Source: Octopus bimaculoides
Lineage: Eukaryota
Length of the DNA stretch: 51,740 nucleotides
Reading direction: 5' to 3'
Assembly (NCBI RefSeq): GCF_001194135.2
Contig: NC_068984.1
Coordinates: 83,258,868-83,310,607 of the forward strand
Shown in pieces: positions 38,401 through 51,420 of this stretch (position 1 is its first letter; each line of letters starts with the position of its first letter). The translations under genes were made by a program, and so were the position numbers. The notes under the pieces are model-generated. The model saw only the letters and a list, made by a program, of their open reading frames with translations. It searched no databases and was not told the origin of the DNA.

Positions 38401-38896
38401 AATCGATTTCTGTCAGGGCGAGTTTAACTCACAAAACATGAGACGACCAGAATTAATGCTAAAACCATTTGCCCAAGTTACCATGCTTGGCGATTAAGCA
38501 TAAGGACTCCAGGTGGAAAGCGATCTTCTTAGTTATTCAATCATGTATATATGCTTATGTCCTTATATACGGACACACCTACCCATCCACACACACACAC
38601 ACACACACACAAATTTGCGTATGTGTTCCATACATATCTGTGATTATATGCCTATGTTCACCGAAGAACATCAGATGAAGAATCCTAGAATTGTTTTATA
38701 AATTTTCAGTGTTATCTGATCGACTGTACCTGGAGAAAGCGAATCAGTTTGCTCTTTTCGTTTTTTGGTGAAGCCAAATTTTCTAGGTTTCTATGTAAAT
38801 TTCTTGCTACATAACTCAGTAAATCTATGATAACAGGAACAAATGAAAATTTGTAGCCTCAATATAAGAAACATAGGTTTCTTATTATTGGTTTAA

Positions 38897-39112
38897 GGCA
38901 ACGAAATGGCAGAATCGTTAGGACGCCGGGCAAAATGTTTAGCGGCATTTCGCCCGTCTTTACGCTGAGTTCAAATTTCGCTTAGGTTGACTTTGTCTTT
39001 CATCTTTTGGGGGTCGATAAAATAAGTACCAGTTGAGCACTGAGGTCGATAATTGATTTAGAACCACCCACCCACCTCCGAACTTGCTGGCTTTGTGCCA
39101 AAATTTTAAACC
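38897..39112 (+). mobile_element. SINE family A
   Basis: ggcagaatcgttagg..gagttcaaatttcg..gggtcgataaaataagtaccagttg..aaattttaaaccatt. Confidence 0.85.
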
Positions 39113-39386
39113 ATTATTTCTTTGTAGATGTACTCCTTTTTCCTAATTTTTGAAGATACATACATTGTTTTTAACGATAGCTCTGTAAACAACGTTGTTA
39201 TCAGCCACTTGACGGCATTAACTATAGCAATTGGAATTTTAGCAAAGCGTGGTGACAATATAATTCATGAGTGAAGAACAAACCCGAACGCCTTCATTTA
39301 GTCTAGNNNNNNNNNNNNNNNNNNNNNNNNNNNNNNNNNNNNNNNNNNNNNNNNNNNNNNNNNNNNNNNNNNNNNNNNNNNNNNNN

Positions 39387-39417
<31 letters not shown>

Positions 39418-39436
39418 TATATATTATATATAATTT

Positions 39437-39752
39437 GAAGGCGCGTGGCTTAGTGGTTAGGGTAATCGGCTCACGATCGTAAGGTCGTGAGTTCGATTCC
39501 CGGTGGCGCGCTGTGTCCTTGAGCAACTCCCTTTATTTTACGTTGCCCCAGTTCACTCAGCTGGCAGAAATGAGTTGTACCTGTAAATCAAAGTTGCACC
39601 TGTAATTCTGTGTCACGCTGAATTTCCCTGAGAATTGCATTAAGGGTACACGTATCTGTGGAGTGCTCAGCGACTTGCACGTTAATTTCACAAGCAGGCT
39701 GTTCCGATGATCGGAGCAATTGAAATCCTTGTCGTAACCGACGAAGCGCAAC
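39437..39752 (+). mobile_element. tRNA-derived SINE family B, full length
   Basis: A box tggcttagtgg 39446-39456 and B box gagttcgattcc 39489-39500, followed by a ~250-bp non-tRNA body; other copies lie in the window. Confidence 0.88.
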
Positions 39753-40669
39753 TTTATATAATTTATACATCTCATTGAAACATATTATGGGCCAGTATTT
39801 CTAGGTCACGTGTGGCTCTTGGTTTTTAGCTACTAGCGTGGTACGTACAACTACCAGCTAGCCTAGCATATCAATGTCAGCATTCATTGTTCTTTGAACA
39901 GGTTAACAAGGACTGTCCTGCAGAGTATAAGTTTTTTATTCATAACAATAACAAACACCTAGTTCCTACCAGGAAATTTCCCGTTGGGCAGATTTGCAAC
40001 AGCATGCAGGAGAGTTTCACTGTTGATATTACAATTATGCATGCGTGTGTGTATGTCATTATTCCGTTTATTTCAAGATTTCTTGCCAATAGAGAAAGAA
40101 CCGGTTTCTAACCTAGATCCCAGATTCCTTCATTGGAATTTCAACATCAACAACAGGGTATTTTTGATTGTTTATTTGTTTGTTTGTATGTATGTATGTA
40201 TGCATGCATGTATGTATGTATGTATGTGCAGATTTGTATGTTTTATGTATGTATTCTCNNNNNNNNNNNNNNNNNNNNNNNNNNNNNNNNNNNNNNNNNN
40301 NNNNNNNNNNNNNNNNNNNNNNNNNNNNNNNNNNNNNNNNNNNNNNNNNNNNNNNNNNNNNNNNNNNNNNNNNNNNNNNNNNNNNNNNNNNNNNNNNNNN
40401 NNNNNNNNNNNNNNNNNNNNNNNNNNNNNNNNNNNNNNNNNNNNNNNNNNNNNNNNNNNNNNNNNNNNNNNNNNNNNNNNNNNNNNNNNNNNNNNNNNNN
40501 NNNNNNNNNNNNNNNNNNNNNNNNNNNNNNNNNNNNNNNNNNNNNNNNNNNNNNNNNNNNNNNNNNNNNNNNNNNNNNNNNNNNNNNNNNNNNNNNNNNN
40601 NNNNNNNNNNNNNNNNNNNNNNNNNNNNNNNNNNNNNNNNNNNNNNNNNNNNNNNNNNNNNNNNNNNNN

Positions 40670-40920
40670 GATGATATTTTCGGACAACTGCTTATGATGT
40701 GGGTGATATCTTCAGTGTGAACTCCATAATGTCTGCATCGGTTGTCACATTTTATTTCTTTTCCCGCATCTCTATCTTTTTTCTGCATCAGGTTGATATT
40801 TCCCGTTCCTGGATTGCAAACGCATACCCTTCAAAGTGGGAGGTAATAATCCGGCTATTCGTCCGTGATAAACTGCTTTGATGATCGATGTTATTATCAT
40901 CACGGAGCTTTCTACTAACA
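40670..40920 (-). mobile_element. R4/Dong-clade fragment (pre-knuckle region and CCHC knuckle), runs into a gap
   Basis: Minus strand: SLSRTNSRIITSHFEGYAFAIQEREIST, then CDNRCRHYGVHTEDITHIISSCPKIS. Confidence 0.8.
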
Positions 40921-41093
40921 TATCTGTATGTATGTATGTATGTATGTATGTATGTATGTATGTATGTATGTATGTATGTACGTATGTATGTATGTATTAT
41001 GTATGTATTATGTATGTATGTATGCATGCACATATATGTCCGTCTGTGTGTACATGAATGTATGTGTATATAAATTTATATATTTGCATGCAC

Positions 41094-41136
<43 letters not shown>

Positions 41137-41740
41137 ACACACACACATATCACATGAGCAAGCTAGCTAGGCTAGCTAGATATAGCCATAAAATAGAGAA
41201 AGATGCAGCAAGACTGGCGGATATACATTCAGACAGATTTATTACTGGCTTTATAGTAAATTCAGACAAAACCAACCCATCAATTGCTTAGCAATTCATT
41301 GTTTCAGTCCGTGTTGATATACATTCAGCTATCGGAACGGCAGTAAAGAAACGGGGCAAACATCGATGATGGATTGTCAAACTATAGTGGTTTGGAGCGG
41401 AGTCTGAGATGGAATGGTGTGTTGGGATGTTACATTATGTCTAGATAATAGACATTTGTTCATTCCTTGAGACATGTGCAAGCCACTGTGAGTATACTTG
41501 TGTACTTGTTATCATGTGTATTAGTATAATACATATTATTCTCACACATAATATGTATTATACACACACACAGACACACAAATATAGACACACACGTATA
41601 CATATATATAGACACACACATATACATATATATAGACACACACATATTCATACATATATACATACATATATATATGTATGTGTGTATACATTTATATACA
41701 CATACACACACACAAACACACACACACACACACACACACA

Positions 41741-41914
41741 CAGGGTTGGACAAAAAAAATGGAAACACCTCGCATCATAGCATCATACTTTTCAAATATC
41801 TATAAAATCCTCAAAAGCTTGTTTATTTTTATGTTTTGATTTATTATTAGTGTTGCTTAATATGTTTTGCTAAAATTGCTGTTTCTTTTCAGATATCATC
41901 AGAAAAAGGTAATT
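41741..41914 (+). mobile_element. Tc1-like element left end
   Basis: CAGGGTTGGACAAAAAAAATGGAAACACC resembles Tc1-family TIRs; the sequence then runs into a ~950-nt gap and no transposase is visible. Confidence 0.5.
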
Positions 41915-42862
41915 NNNNNNNNNNNNNNNNNNNNNNNNNNNNNNNNNNNNNNNNNNNNNNNNNNNNNNNNNNNNNNNNNNNNNNNNNNNNNNNNNNNNNN
42001 NNNNNNNNNNNNNNNNNNNNNNNNNNNNNNNNNNNNNNNNNNNNNNNNNNNNNNNNNNNNNNNNNNNNNNNNNNNNNNNNNNNNNNNNNNNNNNNNNNNN
42101 NNNNNNNNNNNNNNNNNNNNNNNNNNNNNNNNNNNNNNNNNNNNNNNNNNNNNNNNNNNNNNNNNNNNNNNNNNNNNNNNNNNNNNNNNNNNNNNNNNNN
42201 NNNNNNNNNNNNNNNNNNNNNNNNNNNNNNNNNNNNNNNNNNNNNNNNNNNNNNNNNNNNNNNNNNNNNNNNNNNNNNNNNNNNNNNNNNNNNNNNNNNN
42301 NNNNNNNNNNNNNNNNNNNNNNNNNNNNNNNNNNNNNNNNNNNNNNNNNNNNNNNNNNNNNNNNNNNNNNNNNNNNNNNNNNNNNNNNNNNNNNNNNNNN
42401 NNNNNNNNNNNNNNNNNNNNNNNNNNNNNNNNNNNNNNNNNNNNNNNNNNNNNNNNNNNNNNNNNNNNNNNNNNNNNNNNNNNNNNNNNNNNNNNNNNNN
42501 NNNNNNNNNNNNNNNNNNNNNNNNNNNNNNNNNNNNNNNNNNNNNNNNNNNNNNNNNNNNNNNNNNNNNNNNNNNNNNNNNNNNNNNNNNNNNNNNNNNN
42601 NNNNNNNNNNNNNNNNNNNNNNNNNNNNNNNNNNNNNNNNNNNNNNNNNNNNNNNNNNNNNNNNNNNNNNNNNNNNNNNNNNNNNNNNNNNNNNNNNNNN
42701 NNNNNNNNNNNNNNNNNNNNNNNNNNNNNNNNNNNNNNNNNNNNNNNNNNNNNNNNNNNNNNNNNNNNNNNNNNNNNNNNNNNNNNNNNNNNNNNNNNNN
42801 NNNNNNNNNNNNNNNNNNNNNNNNNNNNNNNNNNNNNNNNNNNNNNNNNNNNNNNNNNNNNN

Positions 42863-42899
<37 letters not shown>

Positions 42900-43884
42900 T
42901 GACAAAATAAGGAACATACACGAAGGTGTGAATAAATGAGCTAATGTGTTTTCGAGTCATATAAATATAGATGCATATCTTATGGTTTATCTCTGTCCAT
43001 ATGCACACACACAAACAGACATACAGGTATGCAGATATTGCAGATACACGCACACTCGCACAAACGCACACACATCGGTTGTTAGGGTTATCAGTATCAA
43101 TAATTATAGTGTCTCTTTCTCTCTCTCCGTCTTACTTCTTACATATGTGCGAGTATGTGTGTGTAAGCATATATAATCTTACATACATATGTATGTATAT
43201 GTATGTATGTACGTATGTATGTATGTATATACCCACACACACACACATATATATATTATGCATATGTATATGTATAGAATTGACAGACACCATATACACG
43301 TGGTGCGTTGTATATTTGTGCACGTGTCAAACGATGATGCTCGGCTTAATGGTGAATTGATGTCGATGGTATGGTTCTTGGTGGCGGTGGCGGTGCAGTT
43401 GATGATGATGGTGTTGCTGACGGTGGTGTTGGTGACGGTGGTCACAGTGGACATAGTCGTAATGTTGCTGATCGCTGTGGTGGTAGCTGTTGTGGCGATT
43501 ATAGTGGTAGAGGTGGTTGAGGCAGTAGTATTATTATCTATGACTCATACATCAAGTTGCCGGCAGTATCCTACGAACGGCAGCAGTATAATATGCGATT
43601 GACGTCTTTATTGAAAGAAACACACACACACACTCATACATACACTCACACACACACACACTCACGTGCGCGCGCGCATACACACAGCTATTTCACCATC
43701 ACAATCACTGCAACTTGCACCACAGTATCATCACTATCACAACTGCAGCCGGCACCAACACGCCACCACTATCACAGCTGTAGCCTGCACCACGTCATTA
43801 TCGAACAGCTATCATCCCTCTCCATCGCAACACAGTTTGATGATGCAACGAAGGAGTCTCTACATGGTCTCTCGACAAGCTGCA

Positions 43885-44020
43885 AATAGCAGCTGAATTC
43901 CTTCAGATATACTCTACAGCCTTGCGAATACAAGATACACAAATCAGGACGATCGTGGATGGAATGCCTTCAATCAATCACTGGTTTGTTCAGTCAGGTC
44001 AGACCGGGCTTAAACAACAA
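43885..44020 (+). repeat. Interspersed repeat family D with (AAC)n tail
   Basis: ggatggaatgccttcaatca..gaccgggcttaaacaacaa. Confidence 0.6.
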
Positions 44021-44132
44021 TGGCAGCAGCAGTAGCACCAGCACCAACAGCAGCAGCACCAACAGCACCAGCACCAGCAGCGGCGGCAGTGGCGGTAACA
44101 AACTTACTGTCTTAGAAAAGAAAGATACAAAC

Positions 44133-44302
44133 GCAGCGAGCTGGCAGAAACGTTAGCACACCGGGCGAAATGCTTAGCGGTATTTCGTCTGCCGTTACGC
44201 TCTGAGTTCAAATTCCGCTGAGGTCGACTTTGCCTTTCATCCTTTCGGGGTCGAAAAATTAAGTACCAGTTACGCACTGGGGTCGTTATAATCGACTTAA
44301 TC
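44133..44302 (+). mobile_element. SINE family A, young copy (runs into a gap)
   Basis: Nearly identical to 29226-29400 and 45906-46070. Confidence 0.92.
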
Positions 44303-44809
44303 NNNNNNNNNNNNNNNNNNNNNNNNNNNNNNNNNNNNNNNNNNNNNNNNNNNNNNNNNNNNNNNNNNNNNNNNNNNNNNNNNNNNNNNNNNNNNNNNNN
44401 NNNNNNNNNNNNNNNNNNNNNNNNNNNNNNNNNNNNNNNNNNNNNNNNNNNNNNNNNNNNNNNNNNNNNNNNNNNNNNNNNNNNNNNNNNNNNNNNNNNN
44501 NNNNNNNNNNNNNNNNNNNNNNNNNNNNNNNNNNNNNNNNNNNNNNNNNNNNNNNNNNNNNNNNNNNNNNNNNNNNNNNNNNNNNNNNNNNNNNNNNNNN
44601 NNNNNNNNNNNNNNNNNNNNNNNNNNNNNNNNNNNNNNNNNNNNNNNNNNNNNNNNNNNNNNNNNNNNNNNNNNNNNNNNNNNNNNNNNNNNNNNNNNNN
44701 NNNNNNNNNNNNNNNNNNNNNNNNNNNNNNNNNNNNNNNNNNNNNNNNNNNACTACCTCCACCATCTCCACCATCAGTACCCCCACCATAGATATATGTA
44801 TGAGAAAAA

Positions 44810-44900
44810 AAAAAAACTACGGAACTATCATATCTGGAATGACTTTGATCATAGGCCTACTCACTTAAAGTAGTCCTTGGGTTAAATGTCAACAACAAAT
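44810..44900 (+). repeat. Family D 3' fragment
   Basis: tggaatgactttgatcataggcctact..tgggttaaatgtcaacaac. Confidence 0.55.
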
Positions 44901-44965
44901 CACATGTTAGAAGCACATCGAATAATGTGGTTCTACATATTTATTCTATCGTTTACGCTTTTTAT

Positions 44966-45570
44966 TTTTTCATCCGACTGCGCCCATGCTGAGGCACCGG
45001 CTCGAAGGATCTTAGACAAACAACTCGACACCAGTACATTTTTGTTGCCGAACCACTTGGTTAGGAGGACGCTGAGCAGTGGTTTTCAACTGAGGTCCAT
45101 ATGGCCCTTGGTGGCCCCATATAAGATTTTGTTGTTAAAATTTATATGCAATAAATTGGTCATACTTCTTCATTACATCTAATATTTTCTTATACAATTT
45201 CTAATAATATCTCATTATAAAAATGTAATAGGACATTTAAAACTTCGAATGGCTATGGAGGCCCAGTAGAGTAAAATAGAAATTAAAGGAAATGGTTGAG
45301 GAGCACTGATGTAAATGAACCAACACCGGCTGTCAAGCGATGGTGTGTGTGGGAGGGTCAAACACAAGCACAGGCACACACACACACTCACATGCATGCA
45401 CACACACACATACACTGTGTATACGACAGACTTCCACAGTTTCCATTCACCAAATCCACTCACAAGGTCTTGGTCGGCCCGAGGCTATAGAAGAAGACAC
45501 TTTCTCAAGATGCCGCGCAGTGGGACTGAACCCAAAAGCAAATGATTAAGAAGCTCGCTTCATAACCACT
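44966..45570 (-). mobile_element. SINE family C interrupted by a hAT-type MITE
   Basis: Family C blocks are collinear on both sides of 45077-45308. Confidence 0.8.
45077..45308. mobile_element. hAT (Charlie/MER20-like) MITE
   Basis: TIRs CAGTGGTTTTCAAC and GTTGAGGAGCACTG; the 8-bp flanks (acgctgag / atgtaaat) match only poorly. Confidence 0.7.
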
Positions 45571-45682
45571 TGTTCCCCTATCAAGTACCTATAAACACAT
45601 ACACACACACACTCTATCTCTTTCTTTCTTTCTCTCTCTTTCTTTATCTCTCTTTCTCTCTCTCTCTTTCAGACACACACAC

Positions 45683-45726
<44 letters not shown>

Positions 45727-45905
45727 NNNNNNNNNNNNNNNNNNNNNNNNNNNNNNNNNNNNNNNNNNNNNNNNNNNNNNNNNNNNNNNNNNNNNNNNNN
45801 NNNNNNNNNNNNNNNNNNNNNNNNNNNNNNNNNNNNNNNNNNNNNNNNNNNNNNNNNNNNNNNNNNNNNNNNNNNNNNNNNNNNNNNNNNNNNNNNNNNN
45901 NNNNN

Positions 45906-46128
45906 CTGGCAGAAACGTTAGCACGCTGGGCGAAATGCTTAGCGGTATTTCGTCTGCCGCTACGTTCTGAGTTCAAATTCCGCCGAGGTCGACTTTGCCT
46001 TTCATCCTTTCGGGGTCGATTAAATAAGTACCAGTTACGAACTGGGGTCGATATAATCGACTTAATCCGTTTGTCTGTCCTTGTTTGTCCCCTCTCTGTG
46101 TAGCCCCTTGTGGGTAGTAAAGAAATAA
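45906..46128 (+). mobile_element. SINE family A, long-tail subfamily, young copy
   Basis: ctggcagaaacgttagc..gagttcaaattccgccgaggtcgactttgcc..gtagtaaagaaataa. Confidence 0.92.
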
Positions 46129-47099
46129 CACACACACACAGACACACACACACACTGGATGATCATATCTGAAACATTCGAAGAGTTGACTTGGAAGCAA
46201 GTAGTAAGCAGAACAATAATAAGCAGCAACAACTACCACTGCCTGCCTCTATTACACAATAACAGCTTCGCCTCCGCATACGTCACTCCCTACACAACCA
46301 TCGCAACTACTTTAGACACTTTCTATAGCCCATACTTTCAGCACACCAACAACATCGCCAACATGAATGCCACCAACACAAGAACAACCAGCACCACAAC
46401 TGCCACTACCACAACTACCACCATCAAAACAACCACCTCCATCACCACCTCCGCAACCACTACCTCAGCAGCCACTACAACCATTACTTCACATGCCTTA
46501 CCATCTTTTTTCCCTCCAATTTTCTATCTATCAACTCCCTTTTCTTTCTTCCTTTCTCTTACTTTGTNNNNNNNNNNTGCCTTACCATCTTTTTTCCCTC
46601 CAATTTTCTATCTATCAACTCCCTTTTCTTTCTTCCTTTCTCTTACTTTGTGTTTGCGTGTGTGTCTCTCCCGCCCTCCCTTGAATTTCTCTCTCTCTCT
46701 CTCTCTCTCTCTTCTTTACTCTTTCTTTTTCTCCCTTCTCTTTCCGTTTACTCATTCTTCCACTAAACCGATCCGTTTCCGCTCAGAAATATCGTCCCAG
46801 GTCACTCCGTACCACACAACTATTAGAAAAATCACCACCACTACCTCCACCATCTCCACCATCAGTACCCCCACCATAACCATCACAACCACTATCACCA
46901 TCACCATCACCACCACCATCACAACCACCGCTCCCATCACCGCCATCACCACCATACATCTCCATCAATATTATCAACACTGCCACCACTGCCACCATCA
47001 CCACCGTGCCATTATTACCCTCACCATAAATACCACCGTCACTACTATAACACTGTCAACATTACATCACCACTAACAACAACAACAACCATACATGCC

Positions 47100-47295
47100 A
47101 TCTCCGTGGTTTCCCAAACTTCTAGAAATAGCAGCTAAATCTTATTAAATCTCACTCAAATCAAAACGTACCCTCTTAAACAAGAGGAGACAGACACGTT
47201 GGTTAAGATCGTCCTAGATACTCTTAGGTCATGGATGTGATGCGCTTTCTCATAGTTCTGCTGCATCAGGGTCTGAGCGGAACTAAGCAACACTA
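47100..47295 (+). repeat. Interspersed repeat family D
   Basis: ctagaaatagcagctaaatc..gtcctagatac..gcatcagggtctgag..ctaagcaac. Confidence 0.65.
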
Positions 47296-47814
47296 TCAAC
47301 GCCCTCGGCGCTAAAATCCAACAAATTTGTCGGCCATTATCCACTCAATCAAATCTGTCCTATTGTGTAATGTATATGCGTGTACGTAGTTATGCATGTG
47401 TGCGTATGTGTAAGTAGATGAGTGAAGCAGAAGGATAAATGATGTTTGAGAATATGTGCATGTCTGAAGATGCCTGTGTGAGTGTGCTTGTCTCTGTACC
47501 TGTAGACATATGTATATGACTGTCTGTGCATAATGACATATTTGTGTATGGAGCGTGTGTGTGAATGTATGCGCATGAATGTCTGTGTCAGTATGGTCTT
47601 TGTGTGGATGCATGCGAGTGTGTGCGTTTGTGCGTGTGCGCGCTCGAGACTTGGGTGAGTCAATGCATTTTTTTATATTCTTGGTAAGCAGAGAACTTAC
47701 ATGTAATAATCTCTCGTGATTTATGCGCCAACCTATCTGTAAGGCTGGCTAAGTCTCTAACTATCTATCTATCTATCTAACTATCTATCTCTCATATGTG
47801 TGTGTGCGCGCGCG

Positions 47815-47979
47815 ACGGACTTCTTTCAGTTTCCGTCGACCAAATCCATCCACTCACAAGGCTTTGGTTGGCGCGAGGCTATAGTAAAAGACACTTGCCC
47901 AAGGTGCCATGCCACGGGACTGAACCTGGATACATGCGGTTGAGAAGCAAACTTCTTACCACATAGCCATGCCTGCGCC
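47815..47979 (-). mobile_element. SINE family C, 5' half with tRNA-like head
   Basis: Minus strand: ggcgcaggcatggctatgtggtaagaag..ggttcagtccc..ggcaccttgggcaagtgtc. Confidence 0.88.
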
Positions 47980-48989
47980 ATATAATATATATATATATAT
48001 ATANNNNNNNNNNNNNNNNNNNNNNNNNNNNNNNNNNNNNNNNNNNNNNNNNNNNNNNNNNNNNNNNNNNNNNNNNNNNNNNNNNNNNNNNNNNNNNNNN
48101 NNNNNNNNNNNNNNNNNNNNNNNNNNNNNNNNNNNNNNNNNNNNNNNNNNNNNNNNNNNNNNNNATATATATATCATTGCTTATTTAATCTATCGTTGTC
48201 CATTTTAGTGACATTTTACATGCATAAAAACGGAATCCAATGTTGACATCATATATGTTGACTTCATCAAAGTCTTTATTCTACTTGACCAGCTGACACG
48301 ATGTATTCAGTACTAATGGACATGACAAAGTTATAAAACATTTAAAGCTTTATCTGGTCAACAACAGATTGTAAAACGTTAATATAAAGTCCACTCAACT
48401 TCAACAAAACGTCATCAAGTGGTATAGCATCCCTTCTACCACTCCGTTACCACCAACACCACTAACACCATTATCGGTAACAGTCAGAAGATGTAACTAT
48501 TTCCTTCACCACCACGAACAACAACAACAGTAACAACAAAAGCAGCAACAGCAGCAATCGTGATTCTTCTTCGTCACATATATATATGACCGAGAAAAGA
48601 TGTTACAATATACTTAGAGCACTTATGTGCACCACTCTAAGCAATTATGGCATATTGTCGTTATTTATTGATGCTAATGGTGTTGCTGTTGTTGGTTATA
48701 CTTCAATTGGCCCTGAATGTGAAGACTTTTGAACAAAGGCGCTCCATCTTTGCTCATTCTTTCCTTTAAAAAACAAACAAAAAAAAACTGGGTATAAATT
48801 GCAGCTCCTTTGTTAGCTAGAACGATTGTGTAGTTCAGTGGTTTTGAAACGGAACCGATTTCTGAAGGTGCATCAAGGATGTTAGCATGAAAAATTCAAT
48901 TCTAATAACTGGGCGTCTTGAGAAATGTGTTATTCATAATTTTGCTATACAAAAATATGATTAAGAAAACAAGAAATGCAATGAACAGA

Positions 48990-49200
48990 AAGAATCATAA
49001 TAGCGTCAGAAAATAATAAATGCTTTGCAGAGTTTGTTCTGGCTTTTTACATTCGGAGTTCAAATCTCGCTGAAATCGGCTTTGCCGTTCATCCATTCGC
49101 GGTTTATAAAATGAAGAAACAGTCAAGCACTGGATCAATGGAATCGACTATCCCTACTCGTCATTAAAATTGCCTGTATTCTGCCTAAATCAAAAAACAT
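48990..49200 (+). mobile_element. SINE family A, old copy
   Basis: ggagttcaaatctcgc..ggctttgccgttcatccattcgcgg..aatcgacta. Confidence 0.65.
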
Positions 49201-49334
49201 TTCTTTCTCTAAATTTTCCACACAACTTTTTTTTTAAACGTTCTGAGATGCCTCTGTTATATTTCATTTAACCCCCAGAACTACTAGCATAAAGGCTCCC
49301 ACGTTTAATCTAATTTGTTGAGTTGGAAAAGAGT

Positions 49335-49445
49335 ATAATCGATTAAATTTGATCTCATTACACGTTTGGTACAGTGTTTTATTGATCAGAGCCTGATGAA
49401 AGTCTAGGTCTAATTCTCTATTGAATTTGAACTTAGAATGTCAAC
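49335..49445 (-). mobile_element. SINE family A, old copy
   Basis: taatcgattaaattt..ggtac..gatgaaag..gaatttgaacttagaatgt. Confidence 0.55.
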
Positions 49446-49879
49446 AGGTCCAGCTAGAAAAAGCAAGGGATTTCCCCCTCAGACAAAATGTGACTCTAAT
49501 ATACTTCTGATACTGCGTTTTATTGATCTCACACTGACGAAATGAAAAATCTTAGAACTTAGAACACCAACAAGACCGATTAGCTAAGGCAACAGATTTA
49601 ATCATCAGACTTTAGGGTTTCTGTCTTCAGAAATCGATAACACTAACCATAAAACATCCTAGAAAGGGCTTTGACATGCAATCATTCTCTTACTCACTGC
49701 CCCACCCTTCAATACACGCACACACACGCACACACAAACAAACAAACCTCCATATTTATTAATATGGATGTTGTCACGTACAAGTAAAACGTTGTCATAG
49801 CAACACAGCGATTTCTAATATCGGAATCTCTCTTTCATTACATCACGGGATTCCTTAGCATTGCTGTTGGTGCTGTTGT

Positions 49880-50070
49880 TGCTGTTTTTGTTCTTGTCGT
49901 TGTCGTCGCTGCTGTTGTAGGTCAGACATGTGATCGAATCTATTCCAGCTGACATTCCAGCTTTTTACTACATGGAAGGAAACGAGGACAGCATTGTTCA
50001 ATGCGGCCCTTTCTAAGACTCTAGGGTGTGATTTAGTAGCTATTTCTAACAAGTCTAGTAACCACATAGA
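49880..50070 (-). repeat. Family D with (AAC)n tail
   Basis: Reverse complement of the family D body (gctatttctaacaagtctagtaaccacatagaggc), next to a (GTT)n tract. Confidence 0.65.
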
Positions 50071-51134
50071 GGCATCCTCTGTAGCTGGTCATGTATTTGT
50101 TAATTGTTGTTAGTGCTGTCATTGGCTCTGGATTCGTATAGTGTGACGGTCGTATTGTTGTTCTTGTTTTTGCAGTAACTGCTATCGTTGCCGGCTTCCG
50201 ACATTGTTTTCCTTTTTATTGTTGTTGGTGTTGTTATTGCTGTTGCTACTGCTGTATGTTGATGTAATTGTTATTGTTGTAATTGCTACCGCTATTCATA
50301 TTAGGAAGGGAACGTCTTCTGACGTTTTTATTGGTGTTATTATTGTTATTGTTGTCGTGTGATGGTTGTTGCTATTTTCGTTGTTATTGCTGTTGTTTCA
50401 AATATTTAGTGTTATTTTATAAATGTTACTCATGTTGTTGTGGTGATTTGTGGATTTTTGTGAAACGTTTATTGTTGCTGGTAGTGGTAATGATCTTGTT
50501 GTTTTGTTTTATTGCTGCTGTTGTTGCCGCTGGTGGCCGTCATGGTGGTATTATAAGATCTTCGGATGAGTTCATTCCCTGGTCCAGTCAATCAGGTCAC
50601 TTCTCATCTGTACTCAATTTGCCAATTTTCACAAATTACATCCATGTTTCATGGGTATTTCACGGATACGCTGCAAGTTTTATGCACAAAGCATTTCCCA
50701 AAGCCACTGAATTTTGGAAAAGACGTCCCCCTCTTCTTTTCCAGTAGAATATGATCTTCATCTTTTTTTTTAATGCAGGGTTAACAAGTACTTTGCCTCA
50801 CTTTGGCAATTGCTTTCATATTAACATTTTTATCGTATCTGTTATTAACGTCTCATATTATTTCACTTTTTTTTAGTTTCCTTATTATTATCTCATGCAC
50901 AGTATTTTATGGCAATTAGATTTTTCATTACTTCTTTTAGAATTTTATCTTTGTATTCAGTTTTATCAAATACATCATTGACAGCTTATGCATATAAGTA
51001 GAGAGAGTTTTTATGGCATTAATTCTCTTCCCTCTAATCAATTGCCTAGAAGTAGCCTAGAGATGATTCGAGTAAAGAAAAAATGTAGCAGTTGTTATCA
51101 TTTGCTGCTGTTTTGTCGTTCGCGTTATATAGCC

Positions 51135-51208
<74 letters not shown>

Positions 51209-51210
51209 CA
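51135..51210. repeat. (AGT)n microsatellite
   Basis: Read directly from the sequence. Confidence 0.97.
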
Positions 51211-51314
51211 ACAGCAGCAGTAACTGAAGTAGTATTGATATTTTGATATCGTGCTTTAACAACAGCAATGATAGGAACAACAACAACAATAACGGGAACA
51301 CGAGTTAACTAGGA

Positions 51315-51420
51315 TTCTTAACCTTGGTCACTCGATCTCCTTTATATAGTAGCCAAAATTTCCTTCGAATCACTATCTTATTATTTTAACAATGGAAAGA
51401 CCTGTTGAATAAGGCTTCTT
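51315..51420 (+). repeat. Family D 5' fragment
   Basis: cttggtcactcgatctcc..agtagccaaaatttccttcgaatcac. Confidence 0.55.

Larger units (their letters stand above)
37371..41562. repeat. ~390-bp inverted repeat pair (37371-37764 and 41171-41562)
   Basis: Manual alignment gives 8 mismatches over the ~180-bp core and lower identity toward the outer ends; both outer ends begin TATAATACAT. Confidence 0.92.

Noticed and set aside
39437-39510. tRNA gene
   Set aside because: A and B boxes are present but the acceptor and anticodon stems do not close, and the sequence continues into a repeated non-tRNA body, so it is a SINE head.
44752-44790. 39-bp exact duplicate of 46840-46878
   Set aside because: It sits at a gap edge in low-complexity (ACC)n-like sequence and is most likely a scaffolding or gap-fill artefact.
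46494-46651. 74-bp perfect tandem duplication
   Set aside because: The two copies flank a 10-N gap, the signature of unmerged overlapping contig ends.
50283-50747. 154-aa ORF
   Set aside because: The first two thirds are (TTG/CTG)-rich low complexity and the remainder has no recognisable motif.
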